A stretch of 48,044 bases of DNA, taken from NCBI GenBank assembly GCA_964354865.1, contig CAYHBN010000002.1:1-48044 (forward strand). Direction: 5' to 3'. Both the position numbers and the translations under genes were made by a program. The notes beneath the pieces were generated by a model. That model saw nothing but the letters and a program-made list of their open reading frames with translations. It was not told the origin of the DNA and made no database searches. The stretch's first letter is position 1. Every line of letters starts with the position of its first letter. Below, one piece after another: positions 16,232 to 26,400 of the stretch. This stretch comes from an uncultured Candidatus Peribacteria bacterium. Its GTDB lineage: Bacteria; Patescibacteriota; Gracilibacteria; UBA1369; UM-FILTER-53-11.

Positions 16232-16518
16232 TGAGAATAACTCAAACAACTCGACGTTTCAGAAAAGATTATGCAAAACTGAAAAGCTCTGGGCGCAGAG
16301 ATATGAAAAAACTCCATGTAGTTATGGAACAACTGGCTGATGGAGAAGTCCTGAATCTGAGATATAAGGATCATCCACTTCAGGGTGAATGGAAGGATTT
16401 TCGAGATTGTCATATTGAAGGCGATTGGGTGCTTATTTACAGATTGGATTTGGATTCGAAAGATCACGAAGTCATAACATTTCACGCCACCGACAATCAT
16501 TCGAACTTATTTGAGTGA
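16231..16518 (+). CDS. yafQ: Type II toxin, YafQ/RelE-family mRNA interferase
   Basis: FRKDYAKL...DHPLQGEWKDFRDCHIEGDWVLIYR...TDNHSNLF is typical of YafQ. Confidence 0.8.
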   Translation: MRITQTTRRFRKDYAKLKSSGRRDMKKLHVVMEQLADGEVLNLRYKDHPLQGEWKDFRDCHIEGDWVLIYRLDLDSKDHEVITFHATDNHSNLFE

Positions 16519-16521
16519 TTG

Positions 16522-16545
16522 AAAAGTGTCACCGGTGACACTTTT
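16522..16545. terminator. Perfect 24-nt palindromic hairpin after yafQ
   Basis: AAAAGTGTCACC/GGTGACACTTTT. Confidence 0.6.
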
Positions 16546-16582
16546 GCGTTACAGCAGATACAATCCACGATATACTAGCCAT

Positions 16583-17401
16583 ATGATTGGTGTCTTCGAC
16601 TCGGGTTTTGGCGGGCTCACGGTACTCAAAGAGGTCATGCGAGAATTGCCGCAGTACGATTATTTGTACTTGGGAGATAATGCGCGTACACCGTACGGAA
16701 ATCGTTCAAAAGAAACGATTATCGAATATACCGACCAGGCGGTGCGCTATTTATTTGAGCAAGGTGCACGATTAATTATCGTGGCCTGCTTTACCGCAAC
16801 CAGCCAGGCACTGCGAGAGTTGCAGGAAAAATATTTGAGAAATCCTGACTCGAAATATAAAGATCGAAAAATTTTGGGAGTAGTGAGACCCGTTGTTGAG
16901 GCCGCAATAAAAGCAACAAAGACGAAGAGGATTGGAGTCATTGGGACAAAAGGAACCGTTGCGTCAAAATCCTTCGAAGTTGAATTAAAAAAACTCGACC
17001 CAACCGTACAGGTAGCGCAGCAGGCATGCCCCTTGCTGGTGCCGTTTATCGAAGAAGGATGGCACAAAAAACCAGAGGCGAAATCTATTTTGAAAAAATA
17101 TTTACGAACTATTCAGACGCACAACATTGATACATTGTTGCTTGGCTGCACACATTATCCGCTCATGATTACTGATATTCGAAGACTCATGGGGAAAGGC
17201 GTGAATGTTATACACTCGGGCGAAATTGCCGCACAAAGTTTGGTGGAGTATTTAGCAAGGCACCCTGAGATCGAAAAACAACTGACGAAAAATGGGGAGA
17301 GACAATTTTTAACGACCGATTCGGCAGAAAAATTTACACAGTTTGCACAGGAATTTGCTGGAATAGCTGCGAAAAACGTCCAAACCTGTACTTTGCAATA
17401 A
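16583..17401 (+). CDS. murI: Glutamate racemase
   Basis: IGVFDSGFGGLTV, DNARTPYG, IVACFTAT and LGCTHYPL motifs. Start set at ATG 16583, 6 nt downstream of TATACT (16571-16576), with GTTACA as the -35 box 17 nt upstream. Confidence 0.9.
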   Translation: MIGVFDSGFGGLTVLKEVMRELPQYDYLYLGDNARTPYGNRSKETIIEYTDQAVRYLFEQGARLIIVACFTATSQALRELQEKYLRNPDSKYKDRKILGVVRPVVEAAIKATKTKRIGVIGTKGTVASKSFEVELKKLDPTVQVAQQACPLLVPFIEEGWHKKPEAKSILKKYLRTIQTHNIDTLLLGCTHYPLMITDIRRLMGKGVNVIHSGEIAAQSLVEYLARHPEIEKQLTKNGERQFLTTDSAEKFTQFAQEFAGIAAKNVQTCTLQ

Positions 17402-17465
17402 GCGAATTATTACGCAATAATTATGCATTGCCTAACCGACGATACATAGTACTATCTTTTGGCAT

Positions 17466-18068
17466 ATGAAAAAATTCCTTTTATCATCGTCTGTAGTCAT
17501 TTTATTCGCCCTCTACGTGTATAAAACATTTGGAACGCCCGTTGCAGTGCCTACTACCGAACCAACGACTGATGCATCGGCGATCCCACCGCAAAATACA
17601 TCAACAAATTTTTCAATATTTAATGACGATGATAACGATGAAGAGGATGAAGATGACGATGACTTACCTGCAAGCTACAAAGTAGTACCTACGCCAACGC
17701 CAATTGAGGCACCGCCAGTAACAACTCAGACTGCACCGGCAACCACCAATACCACTACAACTCCAGCACCAAAAACTACCGCTCTATACAAAGACGGCAC
17801 TTTCACGGGGCCCGTTGTTGATGCGTTTTATGGAAACATTCAAGTACAGGTAAAAATTGCGGGGGGCAAAATTACCAACGTAGTCTTTTTGCAGTATCCA
17901 AATGATCAAGAAAATTCGATCAAGGTAAATACACGCGCGATGCCAATCTTGAAGAGTGAGATTATTGCGGCTCAAAGCGCAAACATTAACGTTGTGTCGG
18001 GAGCATCTGCGAGTTCACCGGCGACGATAAAATCGGTTATGGGAGCTCTTGCATTGGCAAAAAACTAA
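17466..18068 (+). CDS. Extracytosolic FMN-binding domain protein (NqrC/RnfG-like FMN_bind)
   Basis: N-terminal TM/signal anchor, an acidic DDDNDEEDEDDDD stretch and a Pro/Thr linker. The FMN_bind domain carries VSGASASS, matching the [S/T]GA[S/T] flavinylation motif. Confidence 0.75.
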   Translation: MKKFLLSSSVVILFALYVYKTFGTPVAVPTTEPTTDASAIPPQNTSTNFSIFNDDDNDEEDEDDDDLPASYKVVPTPTPIEAPPVTTQTAPATTNTTTTPAPKTTALYKDGTFTGPVVDAFYGNIQVQVKIAGGKITNVVFLQYPNDQENSIKVNTRAMPILKSEIIAAQSANINVVSGASASSPATIKSVMGALALAKN

Positions 18069-18079
18069 TAAAACCCACT

Positions 18080-18844
18080 ATGAAAGTTGAGCGATTTATG
18101 ATGGGAATGCCGCTCTCTATCGAGGTAATCGACGCGAATGTTACCGAGAACGACTTCGAGGCTATTTTTGAGTACTATACACAAATTGATGCCCGCTTTA
18201 GCACCTATAAATCCGACAGTGAAATTTCTAAAATTAATCGCGGCGAGGTACTGCCGAACGAGTACAGCGCTGAAATAATCGAGGTTTTTTCATTATGCGA
18301 AGAGGCAAAAAAACTGACGAACGGATACTTCGACATAAAACGCCCTGATGGCCTTTTAGACCCCTCTGGTTTAGTGAAAGGATGGATGATTCATAAAGCG
18401 GCGCAAATCCTTTTAAAACGCGGGTTTAGCTCGTTTTACGTTGAAATAGCGGGCGATATTCAGACTCATGGATTCAATGCAGACAAAGAACCATGGAAGG
18501 TCGGGATTCGAAATCCGTTTAAATCTGATGAAATTGTGAAAGTGGTGCACCTGAGCGGTCAGGGAATTGCGACATCGGGAACGTACGAGAGGGGGGAACA
18601 TATTTGGGGAAAAACAGAGCGTAAGGGAGAAAGAGAACAAGAGAGTAAGGGGGGAAGCGCGCAAATACGAAGTGTTTCGATTATTGCAAATAACATTTAC
18701 GAGGCGGATCGTTTTGCAACAGCCATTTTTGCAATGGGAGAGAAGGGGATCGAGTTCGCAGAAAAATATCCCGGGCTCGAAGGGTATATAATTGATTCCA
18801 CGGGCGTAGCAACGATGACAAGTGGCTTCGAAAAATTCCTCTAA
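18080..18844 (+). CDS. apbE: ApbE-family FAD:protein FMN transferase
   Basis: MGMPLSIEV, SEISKINRG, DPSGLVKGW, EIAGDIQTHG and ATSGTYERG motifs. Contains an unusual purine-rich insertion, GKTERKGEREQESKGG. Confidence 0.8.
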   Translation: MKVERFMMGMPLSIEVIDANVTENDFEAIFEYYTQIDARFSTYKSDSEISKINRGEVLPNEYSAEIIEVFSLCEEAKKLTNGYFDIKRPDGLLDPSGLVKGWMIHKAAQILLKRGFSSFYVEIAGDIQTHGFNADKEPWKVGIRNPFKSDEIVKVVHLSGQGIATSGTYERGEHIWGKTERKGEREQESKGGSAQIRSVSIIANNIYEADRFATAIFAMGEKGIEFAEKYPGLEGYIIDSTGVATMTSGFEKFL

Positions 18845-18889
18845 ATACTATTACATCTCTACCATCTCTTACATCTAACTTATCTCTGC

Positions 18890-20428
18890 ATGCTCACCCT
18901 CATCGACCGACTCGTCAATTCAATCACCATGTATCGCCTTATTTTATATTATGTTTTTGGACTTCTTGTTGTGGCGCTTATTGAAAGTTCCATGGGCATT
19001 TTGTCGTTTAATCCTCTCGATTTGGCGGCTTCTGTATTCGTAATTACCGTGGTGTGTGTGGCGATAAACTATGTATTTGCAAAGGTTTATAAAGTACCGG
19101 CAAACGTTGAATCCGTGTACATTACTGCCTTTATTTTAGCGCTTATTATTACGCCACCAGTAGCATTCGACCGCGCAGGATTTATGTTTTTATTGTGGGC
19201 AGGAGTGTGGGCAATGGCGAGCAAATATATTTTCGCAATCGATAAAAAACATGTGTTTAATCCGGCTGCGTTTGCGGTAGTCGTTACCTCGTTTGCGCTG
19301 CACGAGCCCGCAACATGGTGGGTTGGATCACTCTCTATGCTTCCCTTTGTTATTATTGGAGGAATATTGATTACTCGAAAAATCCACCGCTTCGATTTGG
19401 TTCTGAGCTTTTTTGCAGCTGCAAGTATTTCGACCATTCTTTTTACCATCACACGAATGTCGCCAGAAATCGCCGTTGGAAAACTATTCTCAAGTACTGC
19501 GATGGTTTTCTTTGCCTGCGTGATGCTCACTGAACCACTTACCACACCACCGACGCACTTGCTGCGACTTGGCTATGGCATTTTGACCGGCATTTTATTT
19601 GCGCCATTTTTTCACATTGGTGCTTTCTATTTTACGCCCGAGCTCGCGTTACTTGCAGGAAATGCATATTCGTACATTGTGAGCCCGAAAGGCAAACGCG
19701 TATTAACCCTCATTTCGAAGACAGAAGACGCGAGCGGCACGTGGCACTTTACGTTTAAACCAGACCGACCATTCGACTATAAACCAGGACAGTATGTTGA
19801 GTGGACACTCGGCTACGAGCACCCGGATAATCGCGGAAATCGCCGCTACTTTACACTCGCCTCATCGCCGACAGAAGACACCGTACAACTTGGTATTCGA
19901 TGCTACCCAACGTGCAGTGCGTATAAAAAAGCACTCTTACAATTACCTATAGGAGAGTCGATTATTATTTCGCAACTTTCGGGTGATTTTACGCTGCCCA
20001 AAGAACCCAAAAAACTTGCCTTTATCGCAGGCGGCATCGGAATTACTCCGTTTCGCTCTATGATGAAATATTTGATGGATTTACATGCGAAAAATGCAAA
20101 CGGACAAAGCAAAGCAGACGTCGTTTTATTTTACTCAAACAAGACTGAGAACGAAATTGCGTACCGGGAGTTATTCGACGAGTGCGAGAAAAAAATCGGC
20201 GCTAAGGTTGTATACAATCTTTCTGATGTGGCGAATATTCCTACTGACTGGAAAGGCGAGCGCGGAAGTCTCACCGGTGAAATAATTGCACGAAACTGCA
20301 CTGACTACAAAGAACGTGCATTTTATATTTCAGGTCCTCGCGGCATGGTGGTTGCCTTTACCGATATACTCGAAAAAATGGGAGTACCAAGCTCGCACAT
20401 AATGACGGACTTTTTTCCGGGGTTTTAG
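18890..20428 (+). CDS. Fusion of an RnfD/NqrB-like polytopic membrane domain with a ferredoxin-NAD(P)+ reductase-like FAD/NAD-binding domain
   Basis: About 9 TM helices with FFACVMLTEPLTTPP (compare the FFMATDPVTSP motif of RnfD/NqrB). C-terminal RRYFTLAS (RxYS FAD motif) and AFIAGGIGITPF (NAD motif). Confidence 0.65.
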   Translation: MLTLIDRLVNSITMYRLILYYVFGLLVVALIESSMGILSFNPLDLAASVFVITVVCVAINYVFAKVYKVPANVESVYITAFILALIITPPVAFDRAGFMFLLWAGVWAMASKYIFAIDKKHVFNPAAFAVVVTSFALHEPATWWVGSLSMLPFVIIGGILITRKIHRFDLVLSFFAAASISTILFTITRMSPEIAVGKLFSSTAMVFFACVMLTEPLTTPPTHLLRLGYGILTGILFAPFFHIGAFYFTPELALLAGNAYSYIVSPKGKRVLTLISKTEDASGTWHFTFKPDRPFDYKPGQYVEWTLGYEHPDNRGNRRYFTLASSPTEDTVQLGIRCYPTCSAYKKALLQLPIGESIIISQLSGDFTLPKEPKKLAFIAGGIGITPFRSMMKYLMDLHAKNANGQSKADVVLFYSNKTENEIAYRELFDECEKKIGAKVVYNLSDVANIPTDWKGERGSLTGEIIARNCTDYKERAFYISGPRGMVVAFTDILEKMGVPSSHIMTDFFPGF

Positions 20429-20434
20429 ATGATT

Positions 20435-22258
20435 TCACTCCCACTCAATTGTGCCGGGGGGCTTATTCGTAATATCAAAGAGGACGCCCGAAACACTCGA
20501 TTTTAGAAGCTTTGTGAGTGTCGCGAGCTTCGGATAACTCATTTTGTAAAAATGCGCGGTCATGGCCTCGTCGGAGCAAATTGGGCGAAGCACGACTACG
20601 TCTTTTTTTATTCCGTTGATAGAGAGGGGAACGAGCACACTCGGAAACTGCCAAACGTCGCCCATAATCCTATTTTTTTCGGCGAATCTCATAACAACAT
20701 CGTCGAGTTTTTGGGTAAGCCTGATTCGTGCGTCACTCAAGTATCCCGCGCGCGCAGCGATTTTTTCTATGCATTCGGGCGTAACGAGCAAGCACACGCG
20801 ATTCACGACAGGAAAGTGATTGGTTAGGTAGGTTGAAAGTTTTTCGAGAGATTCCATCGACTGTTTTTTACCCCAAATAATAAGAGGATTTTTATACGAG
20901 CGACAATCACCACCAACACCCACGCTGCGAATCGGCGCGATGACGCCACTTAATTTATACTGCAATAAATATTCATTAATTGCCTCTTCGTGGACCATGT
21001 ACTCGTTCGGCAGTACGTCTTCACCATTGCTGCATAAAATACGAACGCCAAGTCCCGGACCAGGGAACGGGTGTTTCCACACCGCTTCTCTTGGCAAACC
21101 CATTTCGGTACCGAGCGCGCGCACTTCATCTTTGTATAGTTCGGCGATCGGTTCAGTTACACGCCCCTCTTCGATCATCTGCATAATTTCGGGCACACGA
21201 TTATGATGCGTTTTAATTTTATCGGCATGCTTGGTACCTTTGCTCTCAATCGTGTCGGGATAAATCGTACCTTGGCCAAGCACCCACTCTTTCGGATTCA
21301 ACTTCATTTTTTTCGAGACCGCCGCTTGAATATCTAAAAACGTTTTGCCTATAATCGCGCGCTTTTCTTCGGGATCGGTAATGCCTTTCAGATTTTTTAA
21401 AAATTCTTTGCGACCATTGTGCACATGAAAGTTTTTGATTCCAATCCTCTTTAATAATTTTTCAGTTTTCTTCGCCTCATCTTTACGCAACAAACCCGTA
21501 TCAACGAACAATCCATACACACGTTTTGTACCAAGCGCTTTTGATAAAAGCACGTAGGCAACGGTCGAATCGACGCCACCACTCGTCATCATAAATACAT
21601 TTCGATCGCCAATTTGCGTTTTGACTTCTGCCATTTTTCGCTCCAAAAACTGTTTCATACTCCACGCTCTCGCAACGCCTGTTTCTGTAATGAACGCATC
21701 GAGAACTTTCATACCCTCGGGCGTGTGATTTACTTCAATATGAAATTGAGTGGTGTAGATTTTTTTAGTAGGATTCACGCTCGCCGCAAATTCACAGTCA
21801 TCGGTCGATCCAACTTTAAAAAAACCGGGAGCAAGCTTTCCAACTGTATCGCCGTGAGACATCCACACCTGTGTTTTTTGGCTAAAAGCCCCAAAAATCC
21901 CCTGATTTGTTTTTTTCTTTTCTACAATACTGAGCGTTGCAAGTCCATACTCTTTCGCTTTTCCCGGCACTACTTTTCCACCAAGCAAATACGCAGCCAA
22001 TTGATGACCGTAACATATTGCAAGAATTGGAACTCCAAGCTCAAAAATCCTTTTATCTATCGTTGGAGCACCCTTTTCATACACCGACTGCGGACCACCC
22101 GACAAAATAATCCCTTTAAATTTTTTAAACTCTTCAAGGGGGGTTTCAGGCAACACTATTTCGCTATGTACATTCAGGCGACGAATTCGGTTAGCTATCA
22201 GATGGGCGTACTGGCTGCCAAAGTCAACGACGGCGATGGAATCGATTTGGGTATTCAT
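20435..22258 (-). CDS. guaA: GMP synthase (glutamine-hydrolysing), long form (607 aa)
   Basis: GATase domain (ICYGHQL), SGGVDSTV P-loop, PFPGPGLGVRI, and C-terminal PPGTIEWE. TATAAT (22272-22267) lies 8 nt upstream of the ATG. Confidence 0.95.
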   Translation of the reverse strand: MNTQIDSIAVVDFGSQYAHLIANRIRRLNVHSEIVLPETPLEEFKKFKGIILSGGPQSVYEKGAPTIDKRIFELGVPILAICYGHQLAAYLLGGKVVPGKAKEYGLATLSIVEKKKTNQGIFGAFSQKTQVWMSHGDTVGKLAPGFFKVGSTDDCEFAASVNPTKKIYTTQFHIEVNHTPEGMKVLDAFITETGVARAWSMKQFLERKMAEVKTQIGDRNVFMMTSGGVDSTVAYVLLSKALGTKRVYGLFVDTGLLRKDEAKKTEKLLKRIGIKNFHVHNGRKEFLKNLKGITDPEEKRAIIGKTFLDIQAAVSKKMKLNPKEWVLGQGTIYPDTIESKGTKHADKIKTHHNRVPEIMQMIEEGRVTEPIAELYKDEVRALGTEMGLPREAVWKHPFPGPGLGVRILCSNGEDVLPNEYMVHEEAINEYLLQYKLSGVIAPIRSVGVGGDCRSYKNPLIIWGKKQSMESLEKLSTYLTNHFPVVNRVCLLVTPECIEKIAARAGYLSDARIRLTQKLDDVVMRFAEKNRIMGDVWQFPSVLVPLSINGIKKDVVVLRPICSDEAMTAHFYKMSYPKLATLTKLLKSSVSGVLFDITNKPPGTIEWE

Positions 22259-22322
22259 GTAGCAAGATTATAGCCTGTAATAGGGGAAAAAGGCGAGTGG
22301 TGTTCTCGGATGGCATAAATTA

Positions 22323-22331
22323 TGGTATAAT
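22323..22331 (+). promoter_or_regulatory. Extended -10 promoter (TGgTATAAT) preceding a leader of about 140 nt upstream of mscS
   Basis: TGGTATAAT at 22323-22331. The downstream leader contains hairpins TGCCG/CGGCA and TCCCGC-TGA-GCGGGA (22428-22446). Confidence 0.5.
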
Positions 22332-22480
22332 GACATGATAAATAAAATAAAAAGCGAGCACACGGTTGCCGTTCAGACGGCACGACGATTCTAAAGCAAG
22401 GAGTCGCGAGCGCGAACGAGGTGAAGCATTCCCGCTGAGCGGGATGCGAGCCGAAGTGAGCTTAAAAAGAAAACATAAAA

Positions 22481-23455
22481 ATGGCTATAAAACTTTTTTC
22501 AACTGGTTCAAGTGTCGCTGAGGGACTCGGCAAATCTTCTGAGATTGACGCTACCGATATATTTATAAGCATTTTGCTCAAGTTTGTTGACGTACTCGCT
22601 GCTGTGGGAATTATTGTCGGAGGTTTAATACTGATTAAAATTGCGAAAGCATACATTCATCGTATCGAAGTAACTCACGAACGACAAAAAACAGCACTCA
22701 ATCTGCTCGAAAAAATATCGAGTGGCTTTATTATCGTAGTTGCCTTCACACTCGCACTAAAAGTGATCGGCCTCGATTTAACCCTTGTTTTAAGCGTTAT
22801 TACACTCGGTATTAGTTTTGGATTACGCGACGTGATTAAAAACTACGTTGCGGGCTTACTGATTCTTTTTAAATCTCCGTTTGAGATTGGCGATATTATT
22901 AAAATTCGCTCGTACGTTGGGCGTATTTCGAAAATTGAGTTTCAGGCAGTGACAATCATTACTTTTGAGCATAAAGAAATCACGATTCACAATAGCGACC
23001 TTCTGACTCAACCAATCACTAATTACTCAAAGGCTCAGCAAGCACGTTTAGAAATTCTCGTTTCACTCGGATACGGCAGCGATACGGAAAAAGCCCTGCG
23101 TATATTTACAACCATTTTAAATAATAGCGAAGCTGTCTTAAAATCCCCAAAATTCTCAATTGTATTTAAAGAATTTCACAATCAGGGCATTCACGTATTA
23201 ATTCGATTCTGGGTACAGAAACCTTGTAACGTACTTAAAATTCGTTCATCACTTGCGATGCAAATGAACCAGGCGTTCGACGAAGCGGGAATTATCGCCC
23301 CATACGCGCGCGAGGCTGGTTTAAGCGAAATGTACGGCATGAATGACACACGAAAACAACAAATCTCTACCTTCTATCAACAACCAATGTTTGCTGCAGT
23401 CGCGACCGAGGCCGTACTGGCCGAAGAGTACGACGATGCAGATGAACCTGAATAA
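22481..23455 (+). CDS. mscS: Small-conductance mechanosensitive channel (MscS family)
   Basis: TM helices followed by GLRDVIKNYVAGLLILFKSPFEIGDII and a beta-domain. Confidence 0.85.
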   Translation: MAIKLFSTGSSVAEGLGKSSEIDATDIFISILLKFVDVLAAVGIIVGGLILIKIAKAYIHRIEVTHERQKTALNLLEKISSGFIIVVAFTLALKVIGLDLTLVLSVITLGISFGLRDVIKNYVAGLLILFKSPFEIGDIIKIRSYVGRISKIEFQAVTIITFEHKEITIHNSDLLTQPITNYSKAQQARLEILVSLGYGSDTEKALRIFTTILNNSEAVLKSPKFSIVFKEFHNQGIHVLIRFWVQKPCNVLKIRSSLAMQMNQAFDEAGIIAPYAREAGLSEMYGMNDTRKQQISTFYQQPMFAAVATEAVLAEEYDDADEPE

Positions 23456-23467
23456 TTTTTTTCATAT

Positions 23468-26400
23468 ATGGCACCACAACCACCAGAAGCACCGCAGTGC
23501 GACACCGAAAGCGCAGCTGAAAAAACACAGGCGAGATCGAAACTCGAAGAGCTACGACGCATTGTAGACGATGATTCTGTAGTTATTGAAAACATTACTG
23601 CATCTCGTACATTTACAGATGACGAGAAATCCATACCGCCAACTGATGGAACAACGATGGAACAACGAATTGCGAAAATAGCGGCAAACGAAATTGCGGC
23701 AAAATGCACGTCGTTATTACCTGCAAATAAACTAAAATTCATTTCGATTGTGGAATCACGAATCAACCGGTTCTTTATTTGTAATAAGGCAGGGGAAGAT
23801 GATATATACAGCGGAATTACCGTTAAAGAGGGGAAACTCATTATAGAATTTGAAGATTTAGATGGAACTCCTACGACCGAAGCAGAAATGGATATTTTAC
23901 CGCCAGCTGGGCCCAAAAAACCGCCCGAAGAAGAAGAGGAGGAGGAAGAAGCCCCTAAAAAGAAACCAAAGGAGAACACCGAAAAACTTAACGAAGTTGG
24001 CCAACGTATACACTTTGGATTAAGTCAGTACGAACGTGATGATGGCAAAAAAGTGAGTGGAGATGGAGCAACTGCCCTTGGTTCAGTTGATGCAACTGAA
24101 TTCAAAAGAGCGAAAGAAACTAAACGCAAAAAACATTATAAAAAATGGTGCGTCGATACTATTAATGGGGCAAGTGAGCTCATTCAGCTACGTAGTGCAC
24201 ACAGATTGGGAACTGAACTTGAACAACACGTAGATCGTCTTGAAGATGCCATCAAGTCAATTGCGACAATAAATACAAGCGGCAACATTCAAGCAAACTT
24301 TAACGCATTTGAAGAAAATCCTACTAATAACTTTGGGCGTAGCGCATTTTCTGACGATGAACTTTTAGCAGCAGATGGTGCCTACAACGTGATCACTGCA
24401 TACCTTCGTGCCGCGAAAAATCTAGGAGGAAATATGTCATACGATCCCGGACTCAAATTCGAAATTAGAATCGGTAAGGGACGATACTCTCGCGCAGACC
24501 GTTATGCAGTAGCAATGGGAACAGGCGCTGCATATGACGGAGAACAAGAACCCGAAGAAAATGAGCCAGTAGAAGCAAATAAAGGCATAAAAAATCCTGA
24601 GAGAAAAAAAGTTATAAATGAAGAAGAACCAGTACAACAAAAAACTCAAGAAAAGCAGGGCAGTACAAGACCGGAGTCTGACGAAGATCTTCCAGGACAT
24701 ATTGAACAGAGACAACCTGAACAAGTCAGACCAGTACATCAACAAAGTCCTGAAAGCGCACAAGAAGATATACCCGAGGCGTATCGAAAAACTGGCGGTC
24801 ATGAAGCGGATCCGAATCCTCTAAACGCACCTCGAACAAAAAAAACACACGCTAATGATGATCGTGATCTTCCAGCTCCGAGAGAAAATGACGTTGCGGA
24901 ACCAAACGCAGCACCACCAAATGACCAAAAGCTCGCCGCAGAAAATGCCGCTCAGTCACTTGAAGCCGGTGCAACAGCGGGAGCCGTAGCGGGGACCGTA
25001 GCCGAAGCAGCTACTAACAATCAAAAAAGACCAATCAGCGATGATAAGGATTCACTGCCAGCGCCAACAGGAGATGACGAGGTAGCAGAGACAGCAGTGC
25101 CTCACGCCACACCTGCAGATGATGCAAAAGCAGATGCCTCTACACCCGAGACAAGAGAAATTCAAAAAAATGAAGAGCTCATTCGCAATACATTTAATAA
25201 TAAAGGATTAACACTCCGCAAAATAACCTATAAACGAACTACTAGTAATGATGCTCCTTTCAGCTTTTTAGAAGGAACTAGTTCTAATGGTAAAAAAATC
25301 GCCATTTCTCTCAAAAAGGCTGAGGGCCAAAATGGTAAATACAGCGCAGCTGAGATCACACCATTAAAAGAAAATAGCACGGGAGAACCACTTTATACAT
25401 GGGGCAATAATATGGATGCAGATTCATATGAAGGAACCGGCGGTTTATTTGAAAAAATCATCCAGTGGAAAGAATTAAACTCACAAAAGGCTGCGCCAAC
25501 TCCTGCAAATGAGGTACCTAATGCGGCTCCCGCTAGCGCTGCACCAGAAGCAGATCAAAATGCCCTGACTTTAGAAGCAAAAAAAGCTGAGGTACATAAA
25601 AGATTAGATGAGCGTTATAACGCTCTTTGTGCCTTGATCATACCGTTTTTGAAAAAAAATGGATTTAGTGGTGGCGGAGAACCGACGGTGCATTTGGCAT
25701 CGGATTCCACAGACAAGGATTATATAATTACAAATTCATTCGCAAAAGGAGATGTTTATATTCGCCTTTTTGCACGCGATACCGATTATATAGTTGCGGC
25801 ATACAAGGATGGAAAAGTTCTCGCCTACCCTAACTCAGCATCTTTAACGGGAAATGATGGGATTGAAGTAAAAACTAAAGAAATGATGAGCAAACTTGGA
25901 TTACTAGAACCGGCTGCAGCGGCTCCGATAATGCCTGCGTCAGCACCTGCGTCGGCAGGCGAAGCTCCAAGTGTTCCAGCCGCACCTAAACAGGAGGCGG
26001 AAACCGAAAATATTGAAACTGCCTACGCAAAGGCATTAGCGGCTGCTCTCGAGCCATTTAAAGGCAAAAAAATTAACGTTGAAAATAATCCTCTCGAATT
26101 TGAATTTCCATACAAAGAGGGGAATGAGATAAAAAAAGTTCCATGCAAAATTAAAGGAAGTGAATTCATTGTAAATGGGATTTCATACGACGTGATAGGT
26201 TCTGCAGGTGGTACCACAAGGCCACTTACGGACATTGAGGTTAAAGGAACGGATATAAAAAACAGTACGATGGTTTATTCAAATGGCAGTGGAATTGGGT
26301 TACTGAATAGTGAATTGGTAGATATTCTCAATGCACTTCGAGCCGGGAAAGAAAGTTATACACAAGATCTAGACTACGTATCTTTTTCTTTTAGAAAAAA

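Noticed and set aside
21614-22273. 219-aa plus-strand ORF inside guaA. Similar antisense ORFs occur at 43466-44065 (in comM), 19087-19545, 798-1271 and 35604-35885
   Set aside because: All lie antisense to, or out of frame within, strongly supported conserved genes, and none has a recognisable motif.
23377-23979. 200-aa minus-strand ORF containing a poly-Ser run
   Set aside because: It is antisense to the poly-Glu (GAA/GAG) tract of the giant gene, a mirror-frame artefact.
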